In this document: in pieces, positions 37,816-47,353 of the stretch
Numbering within the stretch: position 1 is the stretch's first letter
Layout of the letters: each line of letters begins with the position of its first letter
Virus record (IMG/VR): IMGVR_UViG_3300012923_000008
Coordinates: 7,050-71,049 of that record
Source: a virus
Reading direction: 5' to 3' (one strand)
DNA length: 64,000 nucleotides
Program-made: the position numbers and the translations under genes
The notes under the pieces: generated by a model
Seen by the model: only the letters and a program-made list of their open reading frames with translations
Told to the model about the DNA's origin: nothing
Databases searched by the model: none

Positions 37816-38342
37816 CACGCATAGGTTGCCCTCGATAACCTAGGGTTGGACTCCTTTTACAAGTTTACTAGTAACGCTAACTCTTTCTAATAGAAACTTT
37901 GGATTACTCATTGTCATTCTTGGCCGGGTCCGGTTCAAGAGTGTGACTAGTGTTTCCATTATTACCATTTGATTCTCAAGAAGACACTGGATGGTTTTGT
38001 TTTCTTTTTCAGTCATGGATTTCCCTCCTATTCGTTACACGGATCGTTATAGACTTCTGAGAGAAGGATGTCTGATTGCCCTATAAAAGCATAGCCTATA
38101 CCGTCATACGATACCCAGATGGAAATTATTTCGTTAGAACTTTTCCTTAACATTACATGTGTCGGCGGCTTGTGTGTTGCGAATAGGGGAAACACATGCT
38201 GCTTTGTCATGATTTCTCTTCCTCGTCTTGGACAGTGGCCTTGAGTTGTAGTGAACCCCTTGTAGCCGCAGGTGCAGGTATTTTCGCCGGGGATTATATA
38301 GGGACTTATCCATGTGTGTTGATCACGGGTGTTTTCCATTTT

Positions 38343-38873
38343 CTATTCCTCCTTTGTCTTTGGTAGCCAGCTCTCATGGTCGAGGACTTCGTCTCCGCTG
38401 ACGGATGCGTTTGTGTCACTTAGTCTTTGATTTATTTCTTGTGCGGTAAGTGGGGCGTAATCGTCATCCCTTTCTTCGTCATCGCCGCTTTCTTCTTCGT
38501 ATGTTTCTTCTATCACTATCCCGTCCTCTGTTTTTCGTTCTCTCTTCACTATCTTTCTCTGCCTGTACCCCGCTCGTAGTATTCTCATCCTGTTCTTTGC
38601 ACTCTTATTCTTCTTGGCATTGTCGAGAAACCTCTGTCGTTCGGAGAAGAGGTTCTCTAATGAATCTTGGTCTATTTCAAACCTATAGGCGTCCTCGGCT
38701 GCGGTCCGGATTATAGCCACCCGGTCGAGAAGACGTTCTATGTCTTTTTCATAGAGCATCTCCTTCGCGTCTTTTTCTATTTGCTTTAGGGTCTTTTTCA
38801 TTTCTTTCGCATTGTTACTACACTCTATGGCGTAGTTAATGATTGTGATTACTTGCTCTGCGGTGATTGGCAT
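38343..38873 (-). CDS. Hypothetical coiled-coil/acidic protein
   Basis: GGAGGA RBS; 176-aa ORF. Confidence 0.6.
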   Translation of the reverse strand: MPITAEQVITIINYAIECSNNAKEMKKTLKQIEKDAKEMLYEKDIERLLDRVAIIRTAAEDAYRFEIDQDSLENLFSERQRFLDNAKKNKSAKNRMRILRAGYRQRKIVKRERKTEDGIVIEETYEEESGDDEERDDDYAPLTAQEINQRLSDTNASVSGDEVLDHESWLPKTKEE

Positions 38874-38882
38874 GATGACTCT

Positions 38883-39176
38883 CTATCCTCCCCAGATCTT
38901 TAAGTCTAAAGGTTTCGGTGATTGCAATTGTCCTTTGTCTTTTTCTTTGTCCTTTTCCTTTTCTAATCTATTCTTTTCCTTCTTGTCTCTCATCCACTCT
39001 TCTCCGTTGTTCTCTCTATCACAGCCGCAGTTTGTAGTCCTACCCGCTATTAGGTTACTCATTTGAAATTCCTTCCTTATTCCGCACTCACATTCTACCG
39101 TCGCTCTATAGCGCGCGCGGTCTATTTCTATTAGGGTTAGCTGTCCGAACTTGTGGCCGGGGAAATACTTTGTCAT
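38883..39176 (-). CDS. Zinc-ribbon protein resembling the N-terminal domain of HNH/AP2 endonucleases
   Basis: G.KFGQLTL...CECG...L..G.T..CGC. Confidence 0.7.
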   Translation of the reverse strand: MTKYFPGHKFGQLTLIEIDRARYRATVECECGIRKEFQMSNLIAGRTTNCGCDRENNGEEWMRDKKEKNRLEKEKDKEKDKGQLQSPKPLDLKIWGG

Positions 39177-39235
39177 TCCGGTGAGCTCCCTGGAGTTGGG
39201 CGAACGTTCGGGGGGTGTGAAGGTCCTTGAGAGGC

Positions 39236-39265
39236 ATTTTATGTTCGATCGGAGGTTAAAGTCAA
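39236..39265 (-). promoter_or_regulatory. Sigma70-type leftward promoter TTGACT-18-TAAAAT
   Basis: Near-consensus hexamers at the head of the leftward gene block. Confidence 0.65.
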
Positions 39266-39486
39266 TCCTAAAGTCTCGTGGGCCTTATAAAAAAACTCTA
39301 ATTAAAAAATTTGTTATTCTTTCTCTCTTTAGTAAAAAAATAATTATATATATATTTTTTTTTCTATTCTCTTTTTTTTCTTTGTTTGAAATGTATAAAA
39401 TTTTTTTTAAATAGAGTTTTTTTTAGAACTTTTAATTTTTTTAACTTTATCTTTTCTTTTTGGATTAGCTTTAACATACGATCGAA
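39244..39486. repeat. Nested imperfect inverted repeats around an extremely AT-rich core (origin or terminus candidate)
   Basis: 39244-68 versus 39462-86 (21/25 match); AAAAAAACTCTA 39289-300 versus TAGAGTTTTTTT 39412-23. Confidence 0.7.
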
Positions 39487-39630
39487 TGTTAACCCTTTAT
39501 GAAGGACCTTGTGAAGGGCGAACCAAAGGGTGAACAAACGACTCTCTCTTCTGTTTTCAACGGCTTTTGCCTTTCAAGTTTTTTGAACTAAATTCGGCTT
39601 TAGGGCTTACATTTCCCTTTTTCATCACCA

Positions 39631-39805
39631 TCTATTCCTTGTCCGATTGCCATCCCCTCCACCGCGGAATATCCCGCGAGGTCTAAGGAATAGACTGGGT
39701 GTTTGGAACGAGACCGCCGCGAATGGGTGCGAGCTCATTCCCGATGCGAAAAGTAGAGCCTAATACTTTGACTAGGCCAGTGTCATTCCGACACTGGTTT
39801 GTTTT
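39631..39805 (+). ncRNA. Structured leader or sRNA ending in a terminator-like hairpin
   Basis: Stems 39631-40/39685-94, 39721-40, 39758-77 and 39777-84/39790-97, followed by a U-tract. Confidence 0.45.
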
Positions 39806-39823
39806 CTATCGGAGAACGAGACT

Positions 39824-40519
39824 ATGGCAAAGGGAAAGACGTTAGAGAACCTTGAGAGCAGCAACGGGGCGAGTGAGCCCACGGTTGTTGTTGACTTCGC
39901 GGCGTTTTCGACGATTGACGAGACGGCGCCAAAGGTGCGTGACGCTTTCGAACTCGCGGATAGTGCCGTTACGTTCGGGTGCGGACAGTGGCCACATGTG
40001 CCCGTTGCGTTCGATCGCTCGGCGCTTGATATGCGTATGGCACAGAACGCTCTCGCCCTCGCACAAGCGCGCAAAGGGTCTGGCGCCTGGGATGACGAAA
40101 CCCTGGAGGGCGTCGCCTCGAAGGCCGCTCTTGCCGTTACCGAGACCGTGTTTCAACCTACGCTTCTTGAAGACGCGGTTGACAATTACCTGCGCCGCTA
40201 CGTTGAACTTCCTAAGCGGGAAGGGAAAACCCTCGACACGTCGGCTTGGAGTAGTGCCGAAAAGCGTTTCTCGGCCGTAACACGTATTCTCAACTACTCT
40301 CTCGATCAGGTCATCCCCGCGACCATCCCTGACGGGCAAGGTGGTGAAATCGTTACCAATTTCCCACTTGCCGGTTCGCGCTGGGTTGACGCAATCGCCA
40401 ACGAGATCGGCGAATACATCCTGGAACAGCGGCCGGATAACAAAAAGGACATGAAAAAGCCGGGCGAAAAGGCCGCGAAAACTGCCAACGGTCCTCAGTC
40501 GGCCGCCGCCGCGCTGTAA
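39824..40519 (+). CDS. Hypothetical protein in a stand-alone transcription unit
   Basis: GGAG RBS, GC3-rich codons and its own terminator. Confidence 0.75.
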   Translation: MAKGKTLENLESSNGASEPTVVVDFAAFSTIDETAPKVRDAFELADSAVTFGCGQWPHVPVAFDRSALDMRMAQNALALAQARKGSGAWDDETLEGVASKAALAVTETVFQPTLLEDAVDNYLRRYVELPKREGKTLDTSAWSSAEKRFSAVTRILNYSLDQVIPATIPDGQGGEIVTNFPLAGSRWVDAIANEIGEYILEQRPDNKKDMKKPGEKAAKTANGPQSAAAAL

Positions 40520-40534
40520 TACTTTTTGAAAGGG

Positions 40535-40562
40535 CAAGGGGAGAAATCCCCTTGGTCTTTCT
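40535..40562 (+). terminator. Intrinsic terminator
   Basis: CAAGGGGA-GAAA-TCCCCTTG followed by GTCTTTCT. Confidence 0.75.
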
Positions 40563-41099
40563 ACGGGAAATTGCTCCGACAGTGTATATCTGTGACATCT
40601 GCGACTGCGCCGACTAGGGGAGGGATTTTCCCTCCCTTTTTCCCTATCCCCCTACCGGCTTGGAGCCTCAATCAAAAATTGCGGCTCTACTTCGGGGCCA
40701 GGCAACTTGGGGAAAATTGACAGGGTTTTTGATGGGCCGGAAAGAAAAAGAAAGGAAGAGAACGATGGAAAAAGAACTAGAGTACAAGAGAGATCCAAGA
40801 CGGGATAGGATAAGAGCGTTACTAAAACTCTGTCCCAAAGAGCGGGTCTGTAAGATAGAGAAGGTGAAGATGGGAGAAGTAGTATACCCCCGGTTTCCCC
40901 GAAAGAAGTCCTTTCCCAGGGCAGCGTAGAGGGGAGGTTTTATGACTAAATGGTTGATCTCCTGGCTAAGACGATATAGAATGTGGAAGCGCTGGCATGG
41001 AGGTTATCCCTACCCCGCCAACTGGTATTCTGAGAACCAGCGACGGGAGGCAATGGCGCGTGGATATAAGGTACGAGACGGATTTCTGGAGAGAGGGTT

Positions 41100-41714
41100 A
41101 TGATCTTATTACCAAAACGCGGTGCAATAAGTACCCTTTCCATCGAGGTCGAGCGGGAGCTCACCGAGGAGGATCTCCTTGAGCTCTCGAATCTCCCCGA
41201 CAACTCTCCGCCACAAGTGAAGACCATTAGTTCTCGGCACAGACGTACCGCGATGATGGTCGCCGAGGGGAAGGAGAACCATTTCATTGCTCACGCCCTG
41301 GGCTACACCCCGGCCAGGATCTATCAGCTCAAGCAAGATCCGAGCTTTAAGGAACTAGTACATTACTATTCCGACCAGATCCACGAAAAAAGCCTTGGCG
41401 ACGAGCAAAGGTTTCAGGAGAAGCTACGCTCCGCCGGGGAGCAGGCGCTAGATCTGATTAATGATCGTCTTGAAGATCCAATAATCAGTGACCGGATCTC
41501 CACTGCCGAACTTCGTAACATTGTCACGGTCGCTGCCGACCGTACCGTAGCCCCGCCAAAGGCAATGGTCAATGCCCCGATTCCGCCGCAAAGCATTACC
41601 TTAAACTTTGGCACCACTCTAAAGCCAAGGGAAGAAGAGAAAGAAGCTCTTCCAGAAACTCTCTCTATCCTCACTATCTCTCCTTCCGAAGAAATAGAAA
41701 ATGAAGAAGACTAA
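41100..41714 (+). CDS. HTH protein, putative terminase small subunit
   Basis: RHR..A...AEG.....IA..LGYTP.RI..L..DPSF.EL; upstream of TerL. Confidence 0.55.
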   Translation: MILLPKRGAISTLSIEVERELTEEDLLELSNLPDNSPPQVKTISSRHRRTAMMVAEGKENHFIAHALGYTPARIYQLKQDPSFKELVHYYSDQIHEKSLGDEQRFQEKLRSAGEQALDLINDRLEDPIISDRISTAELRNIVTVAADRTVAPPKAMVNAPIPPQSITLNFGTTLKPREEEKEALPETLSILTISPSEEIENEED

Positions 41715-41773
41715 AAAACCCATCACACTCTATAGATACGGCGATCGTTCCACTGAATCCGTGGAGGCATACC

Positions 41774-42271
41774 GTGCTTACATGCGAGACCGGTCAAGAG
41801 AGTATAGAAGAAAAACAACTAATCCCAAATATCGTATCAAAAAGAATCCCCCCGAGAATCCTTCCTACACCGACCACGAACTTACAGAAGCAGGGTCTTC
41901 GTTATGAGAGAAAGGTGGTACGAGCACTTAGGTCTCGTGGAATTCACCTTGAGCACAATCCTTGGTTTGAGTATTATGGCAGAGTATATTGCCCTGATAT
42001 TCTTGTTTATGAATTATCTCTCTCCCGGATCATCGTTATTGAAGTAAAACTCACCTATACCCCGATGGCATTAGCGAAGCTAAAGTCAATCTATTGTCCT
42101 ATGGTAAAGTCCGCGACGGTTCTAGAGAGATATAAGATTTTTCCACTAGTGATTTGTAAAAACATTACCTCTAACGTCCTAAATGATCTCTTCTTCAACG
42201 ACTCTATCCACACAGCCATCACGTCTCACCATCCCGTCTATCTCTGGCCCGGTTTTGGACCAATTTCGTGA
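41774..42271 (+). CDS. PD-(D/E)XK nuclease (resolvase-like)
   Basis: GLRYE...PDIL...IEVK. Confidence 0.7.
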   Translation: MLTCETGQESIEEKQLIPNIVSKRIPPRILPTPTTNLQKQGLRYERKVVRALRSRGIHLEHNPWFEYYGRVYCPDILVYELSLSRIIVIEVKLTYTPMALAKLKSIYCPMVKSATVLERYKIFPLVICKNITSNVLNDLFFNDSIHTAITSHHPVYLWPGFGPIS

Positions 42272-42282
42272 GGACTTCCAAG

Positions 42283-42915
42283 ATGACACGAAAGTACAAG
42301 TCGGCACTCACTGTTGCTTTTGCCCTCATATCTCCACCATCGCACGCCGCCTGTCCAACGTACTCTTTCACCCTAAGCTATTCATCAGCTGACGTACCGG
42401 CGCAGTCAGGAACACTAACGGACAGCGATGGCAACACATGGACATGGACAGCCCCCGATTTTCCCCCGGTAACCCGTAGCACCGTCCCGGTTACTCTGAC
42501 ACCGGTGACCTGTAGTGCTAGTAATGCCTTTAGTAATGTATTCGTCTTTTCCAATGGCGGACTGTCTCCCGACGATGGATTTAACGGATGCGGCGAGGGT
42601 GCAGTAGTTGGAACATATACTACCCTGGGAAACATTGGCCAAAGTTGGACTTGGGACAATAACTCGCACTTAATCGGTGGATCTTGTACCGGGGCCGGTT
42701 TAAAGGACAACGGTAGTGGATTGGCTATAATATCAGCTACCCCGGATGCACTGGCCCTCACCCCGGCTGGGGTGTATCCAAACGCAGGATTTACCATAAA
42801 ATCCACTGTGACGGGGAAGTATCTCGGACGTATCGGCAACTCTCTCAGTGCCCCCGGCTCACTAGTCTTCGGTACAACCCAAACCGTATGGAAAGTCACG
42901 GCGACGCATAATTAA
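42283..42915 (+). CDS. Secreted protein, possibly lectin-like (beta-trefoil)
   Basis: Signal ending SHA; Q.W motifs and TGKYL. Confidence 0.55.
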   Translation: MTRKYKSALTVAFALISPPSHAACPTYSFTLSYSSADVPAQSGTLTDSDGNTWTWTAPDFPPVTRSTVPVTLTPVTCSASNAFSNVFVFSNGGLSPDDGFNGCGEGAVVGTYTTLGNIGQSWTWDNNSHLIGGSCTGAGLKDNGSGLAIISATPDALALTPAGVYPNAGFTIKSTVTGKYLGRIGNSLSAPGSLVFGTTQTVWKVTATHN

Positions 42916-43079
42916 TCGGATAAGAGAAATGTCATTCTGGTGTAGACTTGGTTTCCATAGATGGAAATTCATGCACAATAGATATGTTCCACCTGATGCG
43001 TTTTATCTCATGGAATATTGTCCTGGATGCAATTCTTATCGAATAAAAGACCACGGAAAATGGAGAAGGATTACACAGG

Positions 43080-43538
43080 ATGAGTTTGAAGCCTATCGCA
43101 TCAGCTAGTCCTTCCCCTTTAGAGATCCAGTCCTGGCTGGAATGGGCCGGGGGAAGGATGCTCACTATACAGGTCCACGGGGTATGGCCCTCTTCTTATC
43201 GTTCTTTCTGGCCTGACTACCCAGATGATCCTAATACAGCCTTTGGTTATACTCCGGAAAATTATAGAGCTGCCACTCCTTCTCCTACCGAATTATCATT
43301 GACAGATAGAATATCTATGTTAGTTCTTCTAATTTCCATAGCGAAGATTAGAAGAATTGTGCAAATGAGATCTCTCGTTTCTCCTATTAGAAATAATTAC
43401 ATCTATTCTTGGTCCCGCATCGCCGAAATACTTAATTCGGACCGCCGGATAGTAAAGTATAACCATGGGAAAGGTTTATCTATTATCTCAACCAAAATCG
43501 AGATGTCTGAAGCAAAGTACATTAGGGACAAACTCTAA
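43080..43538 (+). CDS. DUF6362-like protein (putative late-transcription regulator)
   Basis: P..Y.SFWPD, PSP and C-terminal HTH SWSRIA. Confidence 0.65.
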   Translation: MSLKPIASASPSPLEIQSWLEWAGGRMLTIQVHGVWPSSYRSFWPDYPDDPNTAFGYTPENYRAATPSPTELSLTDRISMLVLLISIAKIRRIVQMRSLVSPIRNNYIYSWSRIAEILNSDRRIVKYNHGKGLSIISTKIEMSEAKYIRDKL

Positions 43539-44116
43539 TGTCTATATACACAGAAGGTATATTTGTCAACGGGACGAAGTTCTGTAAGAAATGCAATTTA
43601 AGAAGGTCGATCGAAGATTTCCCCGTTTCTCGTAAAGGTCACACTAGCCGCTACTGTGTCACTTGTTTCACATCAATAGTGAGAGAAGTAAAACCGATCT
43701 CTGATCGTAGAGGTACCATTTTTTACCATATAAAAGCTCTCTTTTTATCAGCAAGACAACGCACAGAAAAGTCGAAGTACAAAGCAGCTAATGTAAACAA
43801 CTATGAAGGAGTTATCCAGTTCGATATTACAGAGAACTATCTGTACTCAATTTATGAGAGTCAGCGCGGAAAATGTGCTCTATCAGGGCGAGAGATGACT
43901 TTAGGTAAACCGGAGAACGGCTTCCCTGATAAAAACGCGATGTCACTTGATCGCATAATTCCGTTATTGGGATACGTTAAAGGAAATGTACGTTTTGTCA
44001 CACATCAAGTTAATATGGCAAAAGGGATGTATAATGACGAAGACTTGATTCAGTTAGTTTTTGATATAACGGCCCATCAGAAATATCTTGACAAAGCCCG
44101 GACGGTTGCCCCATGA
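43538..44116 (+). CDS. His-Me (HNH-like) endonuclease with an N-terminal zinc finger
   Basis: CKKC..F..C..C; Q.GKCALSG; SLDRI....GY.KGNV......N..K. Confidence 0.82.
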   Translation: MSIYTEGIFVNGTKFCKKCNLRRSIEDFPVSRKGHTSRYCVTCFTSIVREVKPISDRRGTIFYHIKALFLSARQRTEKSKYKAANVNNYEGVIQFDITENYLYSIYESQRGKCALSGREMTLGKPENGFPDKNAMSLDRIIPLLGYVKGNVRFVTHQVNMAKGMYNDEDLIQLVFDITAHQKYLDKARTVAP

Positions 44117-44117
44117 T
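44088..44117 (+). promoter_or_regulatory. Putative late promoter TTGACA-18-CATGAT
   Basis: Perfect -35 hexamer upstream of the terL leader. Confidence 0.55.
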
Positions 44118-44280
44118 CTTTGCTATGCTCGGGACCGTGTACCCCGAGTATGCCGGTCCCCCGGCTCTTTAGCACTTTGTCATCTCTCGTCTCCTTCGTC
44201 AAGACTAGGGCCAGAAGCGGAAGGTAGTAGGGGCCATCTCCTCCTCCTTTCTCTCCTGGCCCTAAACTTTTAGGAAAGCC

Positions 44281-45807
44281 CTTCCTATCTCCACTTTCTC
44301 TACCTTCACCCGGCCGGTCCTGTATCCAAAACAGGAAGCAGCGATCTTCTGCAAAGAAAGATTTGCCGCTGTAGAAGCTTCGACGAAATCTGGCAAAACC
44401 GTCGGCTGCATTGCCTGGATCGTAGAGAAAGCCTTCCAATACCGTCCCGGTCAGAACGCCTGGTGGGTAGCTCCAGTCTATCCCCAGGCAGACATTGCCT
44501 ACCGGCGGATAAAGAACTTTCTCACCCCGGGCTCGTTCACGGCCTACGCGTCTCCTTTCCCCCGGATCGAGTTAATCTCCGGGGGAACTATTTGGATAAA
44601 GAGCGCCGACAATCCGGATAGTCTCTTTGGTGAAGACGTATATGATGTGGTCTTGGACGAAGCCTCCCGGTCAAAGCCTGAGACTTGGCCGGCTATTAGG
44701 TCAACTCTGTCTGCTACTCGTGGCAATGCTCGCCTTATCGGCAACGTTAAAGGTAGAAAGAATTTCTTCTATAATCTCGCAAGACTTGCGGAACGCGGGG
44801 AACTTCCCGGCTGGCACTATGCCAAGATTACCTATCAAGACGCCATAGACGCGGGAGTCTTAGACCCTGCCGATATCGAAGATGCCCGGCGAACTATGCC
44901 GGAGATGGTATTCCGGGAACTCTACGAGGCCGTGGCCTCTGACGACACCGCGAACCCATTTGGAAATGAGCACATAAGACAGTGTGTCGTAAAGAAATTG
45001 TCCGCCCTTCCTGTTGTGTCTTGGGGAATTGACCTTGCAAAGAAAGAAGACTATCTCGTTCTCGTGGGGCTCGACCAGTCCGGCGCCGTCTCAGGATTTC
45101 ATCGTTGGCGGGGTGTCCCTTGGCGAGATTCAATTAGACGAATTCACTCCATCGTTGGAGAAGATACTCCCGCGCTCGTTGACAGTACAGGTGTTGGGGA
45201 CCCGGTCCTCGAAGAACTCCAGGTCGAACATGGTAACTTTACCGGCTACATTTTCTCGACGATTTCGAAACAGAAACTAATGGAAGGATTAGCGGTAAGT
45301 ATTCAGTCTCACGAGATTCATTTTCCTGACGGGCCTATCCGTCAGGAACTCGACTCTTTCGAGTACCACACCACCCCAGCTGGTCGGACTCTCTACTCTG
45401 CCCCCGAAGGTCACCCCGACGACTGTGTATGTGCCCTCGCCCTAGCCCGACAGTCCTGGTCAGAGTCTCAGCCCGGTGCTAACATTACCGCCTGGATAAG
45501 AGACGAGACAGAGAAGGCGAAAGAGAAAACCAGGGTCGAAATCGAAAGCGATTTCGATGGGATTTCCCATCCCTCTCCGTTCCCCCGCCGAGAGGATCAG
45601 AGTCTTTCTCTTGACAATGAGCTCACACAGCTCTATCAAGACACCCTCGCCGGGCTCTCTGAACCGGATGCCAAGCTCTGTCGTCGTTGTGGGCAGGAGG
45701 TGACCGATTCTTCTCGTATTTCCGACGGGCAGTTCGTCTGGCATATGAACTGTGTAGTTGGGACAGCGACAAGGGACTCCCAAACTCAAATGGTGAGAAT
45801 GCTCTAA
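44281..45807 (+). CDS. terL: Terminase large subunit (start codon non-canonical or uncertain)
   Basis: The frame is open from 44266: LYPKQ, Walker A ASTKSGKT, WWVAP, Walker B VVLDEA, GIDLA, VDSTGVG and HPDDCV. Confidence 0.92.
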   Translation, partial: LPISTFSTFTRPVLYPKQEAAIFCKERFAAVEASTKSGKTVGCIAWIVEKAFQYRPGQNAWWVAPVYPQADIAYRRIKNFLTPGSFTAYASPFPRIELISGGTIWIKSADNPDSLFGEDVYDVVLDEASRSKPETWPAIRSTLSATRGNARLIGNVKGRKNFFYNLARLAERGELPGWHYAKITYQDAIDAGVLDPADIEDARRTMPEMVFRELYEAVASDDTANPFGNEHIRQCVVKKLSALPVVSWGIDLAKKEDYLVLVGLDQSGAVSGFHRWRGVPWRDSIRRIHSIVGEDTPALVDSTGVGDPVLEELQVEHGNFTGYIFSTISKQKLMEGLAVSIQSHEIHFPDGPIRQELDSFEYHTTPAGRTLYSAPEGHPDDCVCALALARQSWSESQPGANITAWIRDETEKAKEKTRVEIESDFDGISHPSPFPRREDQSLSLDNELTQLYQDTLAGLSEPDAKLCRRCGQEVTDSSRISDGQFVWHMNCVVGTATRDSQTQMVRML

Positions 45808-46190
45808 TGTCTCACACAGCAGCCAAAATTGTCTCCTATTTCGTTGACGGTCAACAGGTAAGCACTTCCACCTTCACTTACACCGCCGACGACCAGAATA
45901 ATCTCAGCACTGTCGTTCCCCCGCACACTACGAATTTTCTCTCCTCTTTTAATATCACTCTTTCAGCACTTCGTTCCATGTGCATGATCTCCGACGAATC
46001 CTTGACCGTCAAGACCAATAGCTCCAGTGCTCCGCAGGAGACAATTTCTCTCGTCGCCGGGAAACCTTTGACTTGGGACACTGACGAATCCTACCCAGAA
46101 CCATTTGCGGGAAACGTCACGGCCCTGTACCTGACGAATTCTGGTGCGCTCAGTGCCAACTTCAATTTCTGGTCCTTGTCTCAACAATGA
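45807..46190 (+). CDS. Small beta-rich structural-like protein
   Basis: TAATG-coupled to terL. Confidence 0.6.
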   Translation: MSHTAAKIVSYFVDGQQVSTSTFTYTADDQNNLSTVVPPHTTNFLSSFNITLSALRSMCMISDESLTVKTNSSSAPQETISLVAGKPLTWDTDESYPEPFAGNVTALYLTNSGALSANFNFWSLSQQ

Positions 46191-46205
46191 CCTCGGAGTC
46201 CTTCT

Positions 46206-46589
46206 ATGGCAACTGACTCCCTTTCGGCTCTGAAGGCCGAACTCACCGCTGCTATCGCGGCACTTGATCCCGAGATCCTCGACGTAGACCACCTTAGCAT
46301 TGCCGTCATTGACCAGGATCTCGCGGCGGCTCTAAGGGTGGCCGAAGGAATAATACGTCATCGGCGAGACCTAGTTCAGACGTGTCTGAACGATATAGCA
46401 CAACTCAATGAAGACCTCCTCGCTCTCGCTAATGAGGGCTACCCTAATCCTGAGGTCTTTACAATAAGTCCAGAACTTTTAGCACAGCTAGGCCGAGAGA
46501 TCGCCGATCTAAATGCCGGTGCGGCTGTGTTTACCGGAGGTCAACCCGAAAGGGGTGACTTTAATCCTCAGAGGAGTGTACCTGTATGA
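46206..46589 (+). CDS. Hypothetical helical protein
   Basis: GGAG RBS; ends ERGDFNPQRSVPV. Confidence 0.6.
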   Translation: MATDSLSALKAELTAAIAALDPEILDVDHLSIAVIDQDLAAALRVAEGIIRHRRDLVQTCLNDIAQLNEDLLALANEGYPNPEVFTISPELLAQLGREIADLNAGAAVFTGGQPERGDFNPQRSVPV

Positions 46590-46903
46590 GTGAACTAACT
46601 GTAGTCGTTGGCCGCGGAAAGACTGGAGTACTGACCTTCGATGAAGTAACACCACCCCTCGATGGGGCCGTTGCCACTGACAACGCCGCCGTTGCTACGA
46701 TTTCCCTTGCCCCCGATCATGTCACCTGGGTTGCCCAGGGCGTATCTCTTGGCGATGCGAACATCAGCTACACCGGCACCTCTGTTCTACCCGATGTCGG
46801 CCCGGCGGTGGTTCCCAATATGATCGTCCACGTCGTTGCAGCGCCATTAGCAGAAACGGGAGACTTCAACCCCGCCGCCGCGACAGACGTACCTGGACCA
46901 TAA
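46586..46903 (+). CDS. Ig-like small protein
   Basis: TDNAAVATI...GVSLGDANI (Big_2-like); ends ETGDFNP...VPGP. Confidence 0.55.
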   Translation: MSELTVVVGRGKTGVLTFDEVTPPLDGAVATDNAAVATISLAPDHVTWVAQGVSLGDANISYTGTSVLPDVGPAVVPNMIVHVVAAPLAETGDFNPAAATDVPGP

Positions 46904-46929
46904 AAACCTCTCCTTGGGAAATAATTCCG

Positions 46930-47334
46930 GTGACCGTAGCTGTAGGCATATCACAAATCCAGTTTACTGTTACGGTCACCGGTGGTCCCGGTGGGGTAAG
47001 GGATTGGGTAGGACTATTCGGGATAAACGCCGATAATAGTATGTATCTCGACTGGCGCTACCTGGCTAATAATAGCAGGACAGTACGCCCCACTGTGGGA
47101 GTTAGTACTGGTACTGTGACACTCGCTATGCCTAGTGTCAGTGGTAGCTACGAGGTGCGTTTTCTATCGGCTTCCGGAGTTGAAGAGTTCACGATGCTTG
47201 CCCCGCCTAGCCCGATGTTTTCATTCGGCGACACTAAAGGTGCCGCGATCAATCTCTCACCACTTCCGCCAGGCGGGAACTTCACACTAGTCAAACCTGA
47301 TGGGACAGTCTGGGGAACCGTACATGTTCCCTAA
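46930..47334 (+). CDS. Beta-sandwich hypothetical protein
   Basis: DWVGLF...W.Y...P...GSYEVRF pattern. Confidence 0.55.
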   Translation: MTVAVGISQIQFTVTVTGGPGGVRDWVGLFGINADNSMYLDWRYLANNSRTVRPTVGVSTGTVTLAMPSVSGSYEVRFLSASGVEEFTMLAPPSPMFSFGDTKGAAINLSPLPPGGNFTLVKPDGTVWGTVHVP

Positions 47335-47353
47335 CGAAAGGGTCAAATCGCTT

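Noticed and set aside
39151-39414. Phe/Lys-rich ORF across the AT-rich element
   Set aside because: Low-complexity translation of poly-T/poly-A tracts.
39740-39760. Hammerhead ribozyme suggested by CCGAUGCGAAA
   Set aside because: Lacks the CUGAUGA core and stem II arrangement.
39842-40537. Antisense 231-aa ORF and other long shadow ORFs (e.g. 12058..12669, 56817..57602)
   Set aside because: They are mirror frames of genes with biased codon use, with no RBS or recognisable motifs.
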